Shown one piece after another: positions 32,639 to 42,568 of a DNA stretch of 64,000 bases. The DNA is from a virus (Duplodnaviria; Caudoviricetes). The DNA is taken from the IMG/VR virus record IMGVR_UViG_2862830631_000005, positions 14,672 to 78,671 of that record. One strand, written 5' to 3'. Under the pieces are notes generated by a model. The model made no database searches. It worked only from the letters and a program-made list of their open reading frames with translations, and had not been told where the DNA came from. A program made the translations under genes and the position numbers. Within the stretch, counting starts at the first letter, position 1; each line of letters opens with the position of its first letter.

Positions 32639-34609
32639 TCACCCTGTGTCGATGTCGTACTGTTCCAACACCCACTTCCAGAACCAGTTTTCGGTTGGTG
32701 TCACCACGACAGGGACATCATCAGCTGGCCGGCGAGGAGTTCCTTGGTATGCCTCCTCGACCTTCTCCTTCATCTGTGAGGCCGCGTTCGGGCTCACCCA
32801 CCACTGCCCCTTCAGGTAAGGCAAGTCCTCCTGAGTGAGCACATATGTGGTGTTCTCGAAGTTCCACGCAATGTGGCTAGGGTCGAACAGGTCAGGCTCG
32901 TCGTAAGCCGTGTGATATTCCGACTTTCCCTTGTCAGCGTTCTTCATCGCCAACACGTTCGTGTGATCGGCAGGGGAGTCCGCCCAACCGTCGTACCGTC
33001 GCGCAAAGTCGATGACGTGCCAACGCGTATTCGTCAGGGTCGCTTCACCGATGGTTTCGCCGACCTCTACAGTCCCGATGCCACCGCCACCGCCAGTGGA
33101 GCGCAACGGATTACCGGTGAGGATAAACATCAGCTCATCCGCAGGCGGTGCAGTGTCGTCATCCCAGTGCAGTGCCAGCCAATGCGACACAACCTGCGCG
33201 CCCTGGGACTGAGCTAGGACGATCTTCTTCCCAGGCGTGCTCCGCACTGCGGCATCGAGCATTGCGACACCGTCAGAGATTGAGGTGCTCTTCAACGATG
33301 CGGGGTACTTGATCTGCACCATGTTGTACGGCGCGGATGCAAACCTGCCCTGGAACTTCTCAGGCATGTCGTTGTACAGGTTGAAGCACAGACCCGAAAG
33401 CGTGAAGACAGTCCCGGACTCGAACACCTGGAATGCCCGGCCAGCCATCATGTGCAGGTGCGACAAGTCAGCTGCCATCGCACCCGCCAGGCTGATAGCC
33501 GACCCAGCGAGGATAGAGTCGACACCACGGACAGACGCCACGATGCCGCCATAGAATGGCTGCGCCCCGTAGCCAACAATCAGCGGATTAGCGAGCGTTG
33601 CGCCCATGCTTCCGGTCTCCACCTCGACACCCGACATGCCGGCAGTAGGCGTAGCTAGAAGAGCTGCCAATGCGGAATCAGCCGGGATGTTCTCCCCGAC
33701 GAGCCCCGCGGCAGGTGCCTGCAGGTCAGCGGAGATCGCTGCGTCGAGTTCGTGCTCACCAGTGAGCGACGCCGTCACTGCGCTCAACTGGGAGGCCACA
33801 GAGCCTCGCTGCGACTGTCCGCCCGTCATGACCGACTTGAGGATCCCCAATGCAGCGCCGAGCGTTCCTGGGTAGCTCTGCGCCGCGGGAAGGCTGGCCA
33901 GTACGGGACGCAGGGATGCCGACATCGCCCCCTGGGGGGTCAGCGGATACATCTCGAAGGCCGCGCCGGCATAGTCTGCACCACTGACGCGGCTCGCGGT
34001 GAACGTCACCGACGACGCTCCAGGTGCATAGCCGACGACGCCCTGACAGTACTGACCAACGTCCATGTACGTGATCAGCGTCTGGTTGTAGTCAGACACC
34101 GCGGTCGAGAACAACGGCTCCATGTGGCCGGCGTGATGGATCATCCGCTCAGCCGCCGATGACATAGTCAACGAGAACGTCGAACCGGACTCAGTTCCCG
34201 CCGCGATCGTGTGGCCGCCAACACTGTCAACGCCGCGATACAGGGTCGCCTCAGCGTTGATGCGGAACACTGCAGAGGTGCTCTCCAGAGTCCACTCGAT
34301 ATACACCGGGTGGGTGCCGCCTACTGGATTCGCCAACACGAAATGCTGAATGTGTCCAGTGCTCGACAAACCGGTGTCGTTGTCACCCCACGCCATCGGG
34401 AATGGCGTCATCTCGGTGCCATTCCACTGCACCGTGTAGTCGATCGTGCCAGTGTTACTGGTGGAGTAGCCGATGATGGTTACGACCAGAAGGTCGTAAG
34501 GCATGGTCGTGCCAGCGGCGAAGTCTGACGTAGTGTTGTACGCGCTGCCGCTGAACTCTAGGTAGTCGCCCCCGGTGAGGCTGGCGGAACCAACATGGGA
34601 GATAGGCAT
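32639..34609 (-). CDS. minor tail protein with C-terminal PE-PPE/cutinase-like hydrolase
   Basis: YPAS...AQSQGA...LTGNP...YDGWADSP...HTAY. Confidence 0.75.
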   Translation of the reverse strand: MPISHVGSASLTGGDYLEFSGSAYNTTSDFAAGTTMPYDLLVVTIIGYSTSNTGTIDYTVQWNGTEMTPFPMAWGDNDTGLSSTGHIQHFVLANPVGGTHPVYIEWTLESTSAVFRINAEATLYRGVDSVGGHTIAAGTESGSTFSLTMSSAAERMIHHAGHMEPLFSTAVSDYNQTLITYMDVGQYCQGVVGYAPGASSVTFTASRVSGADYAGAAFEMYPLTPQGAMSASLRPVLASLPAAQSYPGTLGAALGILKSVMTGGQSQRGSVASQLSAVTASLTGEHELDAAISADLQAPAAGLVGENIPADSALAALLATPTAGMSGVEVETGSMGATLANPLIVGYGAQPFYGGIVASVRGVDSILAGSAISLAGAMAADLSHLHMMAGRAFQVFESGTVFTLSGLCFNLYNDMPEKFQGRFASAPYNMVQIKYPASLKSTSISDGVAMLDAAVRSTPGKKIVLAQSQGAQVVSHWLALHWDDDTAPPADELMFILTGNPLRSTGGGGGIGTVEVGETIGEATLTNTRWHVIDFARRYDGWADSPADHTNVLAMKNADKGKSEYHTAYDEPDLFDPSHIAWNFENTTYVLTQEDLPYLKGQWWVSPNAASQMKEKVEEAYQGTPRRPADDVPVVVTPTENWFWKWVLEQYDIDTG

Positions 34610-34630
34610 TCAGGCCCCTAGGAGAGGCCC

Positions 34631-35059
34631 TTATGGACCCTCAGGAAGATCGATGGTCGCCGACGAAATCGACACAGTCGAACCGGCAGTGATCGAAGTG
34701 GTATTCATGATCAGGTCAGCGCTGGACGTGCCGACAGTTCCCTGGAACACGGCCGAACCGCCGGTCTGCGTCTTGATGCGGAAGTACCCAGCTGTTCCAG
34801 TCGCATCAGCCGAGGCGTCGGCAGTGATTGACGCGAAGGTGGCGCGGGCACCAGTACCAGTGTCGGTCAGGCCGGAGAATGCAGTGGCCTGGCATGTCAG
34901 GCTCGCCAGGAGCGTTCCGGTCTGAGATGCATCGGCGTTCGCCGGGGCAGCCCCAGAGTAGATCTCGATGACAGCTGCACTGCCGGCATCGATAGCAGCA
35001 CCGAGCGCGGTAAGCATCTGCTGTGCTGCGGAGTTCGTGATGTATGCGGCGTTAGCCAT
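34631..35059 (-). CDS. minor tail/virion protein
   Basis: IYSGAAPA...DASADATGTAGYFRI...QGTVG. Confidence 0.7.
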   Translation of the reverse strand: MANAAYITNSAAQQMLTALGAAIDAGSAAVIEIYSGAAPANADASQTGTLLASLTCQATAFSGLTDTGTGARATFASITADASADATGTAGYFRIKTQTGGSAVFQGTVGTSSADLIMNTTSITAGSTVSISSATIDLPEGP

Positions 35060-35402
35060 TCGGAATCCTCACCTTAACCTTCGCGGCCCCACCGATGTCC
35101 TGAGGCTCAAACCGATGCAGGAGCCACACATCGAGCTTCAGCTTGTTTGAATCAGCAGTCACAGCATGGGCATTCAGCCCGCGCGAGCGGAACGTCGCCG
35201 CAGCATCGCGGAATACGTCGACCGCCGCTACGCACTCCTCAAGACTCCACGCCTCGAACTCACTGAAGTCGTCCGGGTGGGCTGCGACATACTCGTCGCA
35301 CACCTTCCTGGCGGCAGCCTCGTCACGTCCGCCTCCGGTCGTCTTGTCCCACGCATCGAACAGCGCGTCCAGCGCGGTAGCATCATTCTTCTTCGTCGCC
35401 AT
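35052..35402 (-). CDS. hypothetical protein
   Basis: GAGGAG RBS before MATKK. Confidence 0.65.
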   Translation of the reverse strand: MATKKNDATALDALFDAWDKTTGGGRDEAAARKVCDEYVAAHPDDFSEFEAWSLEECVAAVDVFRDAAATFRSRGLNAHAVTADSNKLKLDVWLLHRFEPQDIGGAAKVKVRIPNG

Positions 35403-35413
35403 AGCTTCTCCTC

Positions 35414-35782
35414 TTAGATCTCGGCGGTCGGGTCGTAGACGCACTTCCACTCGTCCTCCGGAAGCAGCACCGGCTCGGTACTGAAGGTTGGGCTCCCCAG
35501 ACCGCTGAACTCCCACAACGGAAGTCCGGCCGAGTTCGTGATCCTTGTAGCTGAAATCCCAGTCCTGTGGTTGCGTAGAATCGTCCCCTCAGGCGAACCT
35601 GTCCACAGAAGCTTCGCCTTAGCGCACGCGTCGCGAGCCATCTGTCGAACTGCAGACATCACGTCGTCCGACGACCCGGCCTGCAGCGCCGTCTGGAGGT
35701 CTTCGGATGGCCCAGTGGTGTAAAGGTTGTGGTCAACCTGTGTTGCGTACGCGTCGTACGCGATGTCGATATCGCTGATCAA
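35414..35782 (-). CDS. hypothetical tail-module protein
   Basis: Coupled to the minor tail gene. Confidence 0.65.
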   Translation of the reverse strand: MISDIDIAYDAYATQVDHNLYTTGPSEDLQTALQAGSSDDVMSAVRQMARDACAKAKLLWTGSPEGTILRNHRTGISATRITNSAGLPLWEFSGLGSPTFSTEPVLLPEDEWKCVYDPTAEI

Positions 35783-37599
35783 TTCGTGACTCCTGTCCTG
35801 GCGATTCCCCAGTACGTCTTCGCGCCAGAGCCCTCGCCAGTGATCAAGCTGGAGGCAGCTGAAGGCGAGTAGTAGCCGAGCTGCACCCAGTCGTTCGCGT
35901 CGAGGTATAGCGACACGGAGGCGAAGATTCCCTCCGGGTAATCCGGTGAGTAGTAGGTATCTCCACCGCCGGTGATCCTGGTTCCAGAGAAGTGGCCGAC
36001 CGGCTGTCCGATGTACATCTCGGGAGCATCGTTGTGGTAGAGGATCAGCGACAGGTTGTTCGGCGTGTTACCAGCGAGGGATACGCGCGCATAGACGGTG
36101 TACCAACCCTTCACCGATACGGTGAACTTTCCAGTTGTGAAGTCGTACAGGATGTCCGACGTGCTGGCGTAGACGTTGTCGAAGAAGTTGTCAGGGAATA
36201 GGTGTGTCCCGCTGGAGATGGACAGCTCTGCGGTGTCGGCGCGGAACATGCGAGCACCGGATCCGGTTACCTCGGCCGGCTGGTTGTCACCGCCAGCGAA
36301 TGCCCACATCGTGCCGGGTGGAATGGTTCCAGACGCAGAAGCGTAGGCGAATCCCAACCCACCAGTACCGCGGTACGACATGCCGACCTGTGAGGTGGTG
36401 CCAACCTCGGTGTGCGTGAGGATGACCTTGCTGCCCTCTAGGAGGCGGAAGACGCGCAAGCCGCCGATCGTTCCACACTCCAACGCGTACAAACCCTGTG
36501 CCTTGTAGCTGAAGCCTGTTGTCTTCGTTGCCCAGATGATGCGGGTGCCGCCAACTACGCAGCCGAGCTCTGCGCGGTACTTCTCCATCGACGCGTACAC
36601 GTACGTATCACCGGCAGCGTTCTTGCGTCCGTGGATCTCATTGCGTCCACTGTTGCCCAGGAATGTGACCGGCGCTGAGCCAGACACCATCCAAATCTTC
36701 TGGTAGTCGGTCGCGGTCGCCAAAGCGTTGTACACGTAGGCATCTGTCGCGTCCGTGTCGTTGACTGAATGCCAGTCGGCGCCGACACCGTTGACGATCT
36801 CAAAGTGGCCGCCACCGCCAGTGCGGATGTGCGTGAAGTCCGATCCGAACGTAGAACCGCTAGGTAGAGCGGTGAAGTCCACCAGGAAGGACACGCCGCC
36901 GACAGCCTGGTTGTTCTGATTGCTTTGCAACGCAGTCACCTGCGCACTCAGCGCCGAGATTGTCGACGCCGCATCCTGCATCGCCTGCTGCGCCTGGTCG
37001 TGATCGAACAGGTTGCCAACCCAGCCGAAGAAGCTGGTCACGATATTGTCGATGGTCTGCTGAATGTCGTAGCGGATCTGCAGTCCCCACGTTCCAAGGT
37101 CTGTGGTGTCACCGTCCTCGACGCCGCTGAGAACCTCGATGATGTCGCCGATGATTGGGACCTGCTGAAGCATCTGAGCAAACGCTTGTGCAGCCGCCTG
37201 AATGGCCGCGATGAGGGCGTTGAAGAACGTGCCCAGATCGTTGTAGTCGCCGTCCTCAACGCCAGTGATGACTTCGATCAGCTCACCGAGGAACGGCACC
37301 TTGCCCAGCGTGTTCAGCAGTTCGGACGTGTGTCCGATCCCTGACTGGTCAACGTCCGGGAAGAGCTTGGCACTGAAAGCCGCGAGGGCCGCATGAATGA
37401 TCCCCTTGGAGGCATCGACACCCTCGAACACCTGGTCCGAGTATCCGGACATCTGTCCGCGTACTTCGGCCTTCTTGGCGGCCTCAACGTTTTCCCGAGT
37501 CCGATTAGCGAGGACAGAAAGCCCTGCGCCAACAACCGCGCCGTCATGGCCGGTGATGTCGTAGCCAGAGGGATCGCTACCCGAAGGGATAGCACCCAT
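35779..37599 (-). CDS. minor tail protein
   Basis: Duplicated IEVxxGVEDGDxxDLGT motif; beta-rich C-terminus. Confidence 0.85.
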   Translation of the reverse strand: MGAIPSGSDPSGYDITGHDGAVVGAGLSVLANRTRENVEAAKKAEVRGQMSGYSDQVFEGVDASKGIIHAALAAFSAKLFPDVDQSGIGHTSELLNTLGKVPFLGELIEVITGVEDGDYNDLGTFFNALIAAIQAAAQAFAQMLQQVPIIGDIIEVLSGVEDGDTTDLGTWGLQIRYDIQQTIDNIVTSFFGWVGNLFDHDQAQQAMQDAASTISALSAQVTALQSNQNNQAVGGVSFLVDFTALPSGSTFGSDFTHIRTGGGGHFEIVNGVGADWHSVNDTDATDAYVYNALATATDYQKIWMVSGSAPVTFLGNSGRNEIHGRKNAAGDTYVYASMEKYRAELGCVVGGTRIIWATKTTGFSYKAQGLYALECGTIGGLRVFRLLEGSKVILTHTEVGTTSQVGMSYRGTGGLGFAYASASGTIPPGTMWAFAGGDNQPAEVTGSGARMFRADTAELSISSGTHLFPDNFFDNVYASTSDILYDFTTGKFTVSVKGWYTVYARVSLAGNTPNNLSLILYHNDAPEMYIGQPVGHFSGTRITGGGDTYYSPDYPEGIFASVSLYLDANDWVQLGYYSPSAASSLITGEGSGAKTYWGIARTGVTN

Positions 37600-37602
37600 T
37601 GG

Positions 37603-38064
37603 TTACTCCTGTTTTGGCTTACTGCTGATGTAATTCACCAGCGTGATCAGCTTCTTGATCTCGCCCTCGTACTGCTTCGCGAACTTCGCGCGCTCCTCGT
37701 CGGACCCAACGGAATGGATCTTCTTCAGGAGTTCCGCGTACTCCGGGTGCTCATCGGCGAGCATCTCGAGAACCTCTTCGGCCGCCTGCTCCATCGTCTG
37801 CGGTTCAGCGTCCGCAGGCTTCTCGTCAACAATCTCGGCCGGCTGGAACTGCCCACCCCCGACAGCCCACTTCGTCGCGAGCTCGGGGTGCCATCGAATC
37901 CCCAAGTCCCAATAGAGCTCAGAAGTTGGCTCCCAGGACTGGATCACAGCGCCAGGCTGATTGGGGTGAACACCAGGTCGCGGGTCCACGAACCCAACGC
38001 CCAGAAGCCACGCCAATCCCTTCGGGTGGTCAGGGTCGGGTGGATGCACATTGAAAGGTGCCAT
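37603..38064 (-). CDS. minor tail protein (DUF2744-like)
   Basis: YWDLGIRWHPEL; position in the tail module. Confidence 0.7.
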   Translation of the reverse strand: MAPFNVHPPDPDHPKGLAWLLGVGFVDPRPGVHPNQPGAVIQSWEPTSELYWDLGIRWHPELATKWAVGGGQFQPAEIVDEKPADAEPQTMEQAAEEVLEMLADEHPEYAELLKKIHSVGSDEERAKFAKQYEGEIKKLITLVNYISSKPKQE

Positions 38065-38116
38065 AAGTCTGCTCCTACACTACTTTCTATTCTAGCAAAC
38101 TAATTAGCGCACCTAG

Positions 38117-39853
38117 TTATGCGATGAGGTGGACGCCGATGTTCTGAACGATGTCGCGGATCTTCTTCGCGAGACGGGCGATCCGCTCACCAACGCTCAT
38201 CGCAGCCTTGTTCTGGCCGAACTTCGCCTGAACGGTCAACGGTGTATCCCCGGAGTGATCCCAGGACGGGATGATCTCCTCGCACTGGTTGACGAAAATG
38301 ATGTTGTGGTATCCGCGAGAGGTCGAACCAACGCGGGAACCGATCTCGAAGTGCGAGCCGGGGATGATCCAACTGTTGCCGTTCATCGAGATGAGATGCG
38401 AAGTCTCAGAGCGCGTTGCAAGGAACCCACCACGCAGCGCTGCGATGGCACTCAGGCTCCACACATTGTTCTCAGCGCCCTGCTGGTAGACCTCCCAGAG
38501 ATGCACCCAGCCGAGCTGCTTTGCGCGGCCTACGTTCTTCCAGTCAATCCACGCCAGGATCGTCCCCACCAGGAACGGCATGATCACGTCCGCCGCGATG
38601 TCGCCGGCTGAGGAGAAACCGCCAAGTAGGAAGTACCCCAGGATGTTTCCGGTGGTCGAGATGATCAACCGCGCGATAGCGTCAGCTGCCGGGTTGTCAC
38701 CACCGATCACAACATTCGGCGCGGTAGCTGGACTCCACGTCAACTCCGATGTTTCCATCGGAGTCCATGAGTTGTCCCTGACTACAAGCCAGGGAGCCTG
38801 GGCAAGGGTGGCCAACCACCCCGATCCGTAGTACTCGTCAGGGTAGTAGGTCTCATCGTCTGCGATCGTCCTCGCAGTGTCCTCAACGAACCCGCCGACA
38901 TACTGAACAACGCTGCGCGCCATTCCATCGACAATCGATCCGCCAAGGAAAGTTCCGCCGAGAGCCTCGTTGTAGTAGCCGGAATCGTCGTCAAGCCAGA
39001 AGACGAGTGCACCGTTCTTTGGCTGATCAACGAACAGCAACCCATCCTCGGTCTCACCTTCGTCGGTGAAGCAGCGGCGGTACTTGAGGGTCAGCTGCGC
39101 ATCATCCAAAGCATCAGCGAGAACCGAGTCGATCGGGTTCATACGGGTGCCCAGGACGGTCCACAGCGACGAGTCATCTAGTGGGAGGGCCTTAGCCTTA
39201 ACGTGGACCTGCCAGTTCTCCCACTGGCCTGGAGCCCACCCAATCCACTCGGACAGATCGAATGGATCATCCGGCAGCGTCCACAAATTGCCCTCGCGGC
39301 GAATGAGATTCAGCAAGATCATGGTAGAACAGGCCCACTTCGCAGGGCCCAAAATAGGTAGCACCCTCGGCCACTGGAAGAGACCAAGTGGCAGAGCAGG
39401 ATTCGGGGGTCCTAGCAAGAACTGCAGGAACTGCAAGTCGTCGTTGAACGTCAGTTCCATATAGTGGATGCCGTCACGCTGCTTCTTCGCGTGATGGTGC
39501 AGAAGGCCCGTCCAGCGCAGCTTCCCGCCGAACATATCCACGCGGATTACTACGTTCTTGCACTGATTAGGATCGTTTGGGATCTCCCGCATCCACTCCG
39601 AGATGTAGTGGTCGAAACGCAACTCCATGACCGCGGTGGTTGAGACGTTCTTCTTGAACGGGAACGATGCTCGAATGGTGTCGTTGTAGTGGACGCGGCC
39701 GAAGTACTCCAAGCCTTCGGATCCATCAGCAGGGTTGCGGTAGAAGGTGATAGTCGGCTTAGCCGCGCGCATCCATGCGAGTTCCTGACGCCAAGAGGCG
39801 ACATTGGTCTCGATAGAATCTAGTGCCTTAGCACGCTCAAGCGTGAGGGTCAT
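38117..39853 (-). CDS. minor tail protein (baseplate hub, Gp37-like)
   Basis: PNPALP...QWPR...GPAKWA; typical mycobacteriophage post-Dit gene. Confidence 0.85.
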   Translation of the reverse strand: MTLTLERAKALDSIETNVASWRQELAWMRAAKPTITFYRNPADGSEGLEYFGRVHYNDTIRASFPFKKNVSTTAVMELRFDHYISEWMREIPNDPNQCKNVVIRVDMFGGKLRWTGLLHHHAKKQRDGIHYMELTFNDDLQFLQFLLGPPNPALPLGLFQWPRVLPILGPAKWACSTMILLNLIRREGNLWTLPDDPFDLSEWIGWAPGQWENWQVHVKAKALPLDDSSLWTVLGTRMNPIDSVLADALDDAQLTLKYRRCFTDEGETEDGLLFVDQPKNGALVFWLDDDSGYYNEALGGTFLGGSIVDGMARSVVQYVGGFVEDTARTIADDETYYPDEYYGSGWLATLAQAPWLVVRDNSWTPMETSELTWSPATAPNVVIGGDNPAADAIARLIISTTGNILGYFLLGGFSSAGDIAADVIMPFLVGTILAWIDWKNVGRAKQLGWVHLWEVYQQGAENNVWSLSAIAALRGGFLATRSETSHLISMNGNSWIIPGSHFEIGSRVGSTSRGYHNIIFVNQCEEIIPSWDHSGDTPLTVQAKFGQNKAAMSVGERIARLAKKIRDIVQNIGVHLIA

Positions 39854-39871
39854 CTTGGATCAAACCTCTAG

Positions 39872-40864
39872 TTAGAGAACGCCAATGGGGCGCGACCACG
39901 GCCTCGTGTACCACTTGGGAATCTCCAGGCGCATCGCATAGCCGGCGACCGCGTCGCGAACCTTGACCGGGATGGTTGAGTAAGTCCCACCAGGGATCGG
40001 GTACAGCAAGTCCTGTCCCTTCCAGAGGCCCTGGAGGTGCATCCTGTTGGCTGCGAGCAGGGTCTGGACTCGCGGATCCGAGTCAGCGACGCAGCCTGCG
40101 TCGACTGGAAGAAACGGCAGTTCGACGGTGCGGCCGGAATCCATTACGCCGCGCGCGTACTCCTGGTTTCCGAACGAGAAATCAGGAAGTCGCCATCGGG
40201 CCTGATCGGTAAGAGTCCACTTCGGCCACACCGGGACATCGCAATCGACATCGAGGCGCACCGAAGTCTTCCCGATGCTTCCGTCGCCCTCCCACTCATA
40301 GAAGTCGGATGGCCCCACGAAGAATGGCAACTCGGCTGCCACCGTCATCACAACGGTCGACATGGCGTAGAGAGCCGGATCCTTCCCCTCCCATGAAGCT
40401 GACTCGTATGCCTGCGGTTCCTCCAGGAGGCGAACCTTGAGGTCGCGATAGCCATCCGACGTGGTGAAACGAATCGTGCTCTCCTGCACGTAATCCCATG
40501 CGAAACGCCACTTCGAGTCGATGGTCCTCCACGTCTCAGGGTCGTCGTCGTCGGCGAAGATGTTGACCGTGAAGACGACATCGCGTCGCTCCCAGCGAAA
40601 GTCAACGAATGTCTGGCCGAACGCTCCAGGTAGCCACAATGACTTCACCGGGGCGTCGATTGCACCCTTCAGGTTCGGCATGAGCTCGACGCCCTGGTCG
40701 CCCTTTCCATGGCCAGAGATCACGAAGTGCTCTCCATGGACGCCGAAGATCTCAATCCTGGCGGTGCGCTCCGAAAACTGGCCTGCCCCAGCGGGGAATG
40801 AACCAGTGGGAGGTAGCGGTCCACCGCCTAGCTGAATGGGGAGTAGTTCACTTACCTTTCCCAC
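39872..40864 (-). CDS. distal tail protein
   Basis: GDQGVEL...DAPVK...RDLKVRL...WYTRPW. Confidence 0.82.
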   Translation of the reverse strand: MGKVSELLPIQLGGGPLPPTGSFPAGAGQFSERTARIEIFGVHGEHFVISGHGKGDQGVELMPNLKGAIDAPVKSLWLPGAFGQTFVDFRWERRDVVFTVNIFADDDDPETWRTIDSKWRFAWDYVQESTIRFTTSDGYRDLKVRLLEEPQAYESASWEGKDPALYAMSTVVMTVAAELPFFVGPSDFYEWEGDGSIGKTSVRLDVDCDVPVWPKWTLTDQARWRLPDFSFGNQEYARGVMDSGRTVELPFLPVDAGCVADSDPRVQTLLAANRMHLQGLWKGQDLLYPIPGGTYSTIPVKVRDAVAGYAMRLEIPKWYTRPWSRPIGVL

Positions 40865-40879
40865 ACCAGCCCCTCTCTA

Positions 40880-42559
40880 CTAGTTAATGTCGACCGCGTA
40901 CGCGTTGAGCTGGTCGAACTCGGCGTAGGACTGCCACGAGTAGAGGCCGAAGATTTGCTCGTTATGCGACGTGGTGAAGCTGCCAACGGGATGCCAGTCA
41001 GTAGCCCCGTCAAAGCGGAAGAACGCGGTACGCTTGGACCCCTCGACACGCATCGCCAACCACACCCACGTGTCAGTGAGGTCTGTTCCGTCACCGATGT
41101 TCATCACGAACGGCTGGTCGAAACCGTCGAAAGCCTTGACCTGCCAGTTGTTTACAGATGCCCTCACGAGTGAGACATGAGTAGCGCCGCCGAAGTATCC
41201 GTCCGTTCCCGACCCGGAAACCATCAACCCAGCAGATAGGTCGTTGAACTCTCCGCGGATCCGCATCTTCGTCTCAACCCAGTAGTTCTCGGGAAGGAAG
41301 ACATACTTGCGCGCAATACGCATATCCTGACCAGGCTCAGTTGCAGCAGTTGGGAACGAGATGGTCGTCCCCGTGCACACCGCCTGGGTCCTGTCGGGTG
41401 GCTGGGTCCACAAGTCGGTGGGGACAGTGCCGATCGGATAGTCAAGGTTGTCCTCAAGCAGGACCACATTGCGCATGGTCTGCGGGACGGGTGCTCGGTC
41501 AGGCTTGTCGTCCAACCACATGCCGGCCGACGCGGACACCTTCAGCGTCGCTGGCGTCATGGTGCCCTGGTTGTACTGACCGATCGGCATCACAACCTTG
41601 ACGTGACTGTTGAACCGAATTGGGTCAGCCGTGAAGAACCGGTACATCGTCTGGTGCGTGCCCGCGGTGATATCAGTGTCCGGGGCGCGGCCAGCTGGAT
41701 ATCCACCCTCAGGCATGGCATACCAACCGCCAGTGAAGAAATCCTCGGTGCCTGAAGCCATTACAGCGGCGATGAGCTCGCCGTCAACGAAGATCTGCAC
41801 GTTCCCCTCAAGGAACGTCGCCTCAAAATCCTGCGCAGACGACACCGACAGGTAGAGGTGCTCAAGCTGGCCCGACCCATCAATATCAACGACAGTCAGC
41901 TTGCCGCGCGCCGGGAACGCATCATTCTTGACGCTGGCAACCTTGTACGTCTGGAACGCCCGCGGAGCATTGTCGTAGCGGAACTTGACATGCCCGTACA
42001 CCGCGCCAAGGTCTGAGCTTGTCTTGTTGATCATCTCAACGCGCATGTAGCGGCTGAACGGAGCGAACAAGTTTCGGTACGCCGAAGCCTGGCCAGAGTC
42101 GAATCCACGCTTCGTGCGTCCAACGCTCGGGGTGGAGAACTCACCACCGCGCGGCCCGTACATGAAGAAGTCGTTGATGGACAAGTCGATGGCCGGCACA
42201 GTGTTGTTATCCAGGTAGACGCGGATTCGTCCGCCGTCCTCAACGAACGAATCGCGCGTCATGTCACCGCCGTTCGCGGCGAACCACACCTGCTCAAGTA
42301 CGCCAGAACCGTGTGCCTCACCGAGGATCAGAGGCTTCTCACCAGCTGGGGCGGTAGCGTCAGCACGCGCAACACCAAGCTCCTGCGCCGTCAGGACAGT
42401 TCGTCCATGCGCAACGGCGAACCCCGGTGGAGTGACGCCAGCAGACCCGGATTCGAGATATCCAAACCTGGCCTCATGCTTGTTGACCTGCTTGGCGATA
42501 TCGTTCACAGCGTCAGCTGGGAGGTACTCGCCATCAATCCAGTCGATCTTGAGAGTCAT
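40880..42559 (-). CDS. DUF2961/GH172-like glycoside hydrolase with tail-type N-terminus
   Basis: GSGVLEQVW, IRVYLD, DFF, PFSR; FLEGNVQIFVDGE; SGTEDFFTGGWY; YRFFTADPIRF. Confidence 0.78.
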   Translation of the reverse strand: MTLKIDWIDGEYLPADAVNDIAKQVNKHEARFGYLESGSAGVTPPGFAVAHGRTVLTAQELGVARADATAPAGEKPLILGEAHGSGVLEQVWFAANGGDMTRDSFVEDGGRIRVYLDNNTVPAIDLSINDFFMYGPRGGEFSTPSVGRTKRGFDSGQASAYRNLFAPFSRYMRVEMINKTSSDLGAVYGHVKFRYDNAPRAFQTYKVASVKNDAFPARGKLTVVDIDGSGQLEHLYLSVSSAQDFEATFLEGNVQIFVDGELIAAVMASGTEDFFTGGWYAMPEGGYPAGRAPDTDITAGTHQTMYRFFTADPIRFNSHVKVVMPIGQYNQGTMTPATLKVSASAGMWLDDKPDRAPVPQTMRNVVLLEDNLDYPIGTVPTDLWTQPPDRTQAVCTGTTISFPTAATEPGQDMRIARKYVFLPENYWVETKMRIRGEFNDLSAGLMVSGSGTDGYFGGATHVSLVRASVNNWQVKAFDGFDQPFVMNIGDGTDLTDTWVWLAMRVEGSKRTAFFRFDGATDWHPVGSFTTSHNEQIFGLYSWQSYAEFDQLNAYAVDIN

Positions 42560-42568
42560 TCTTTGTCC

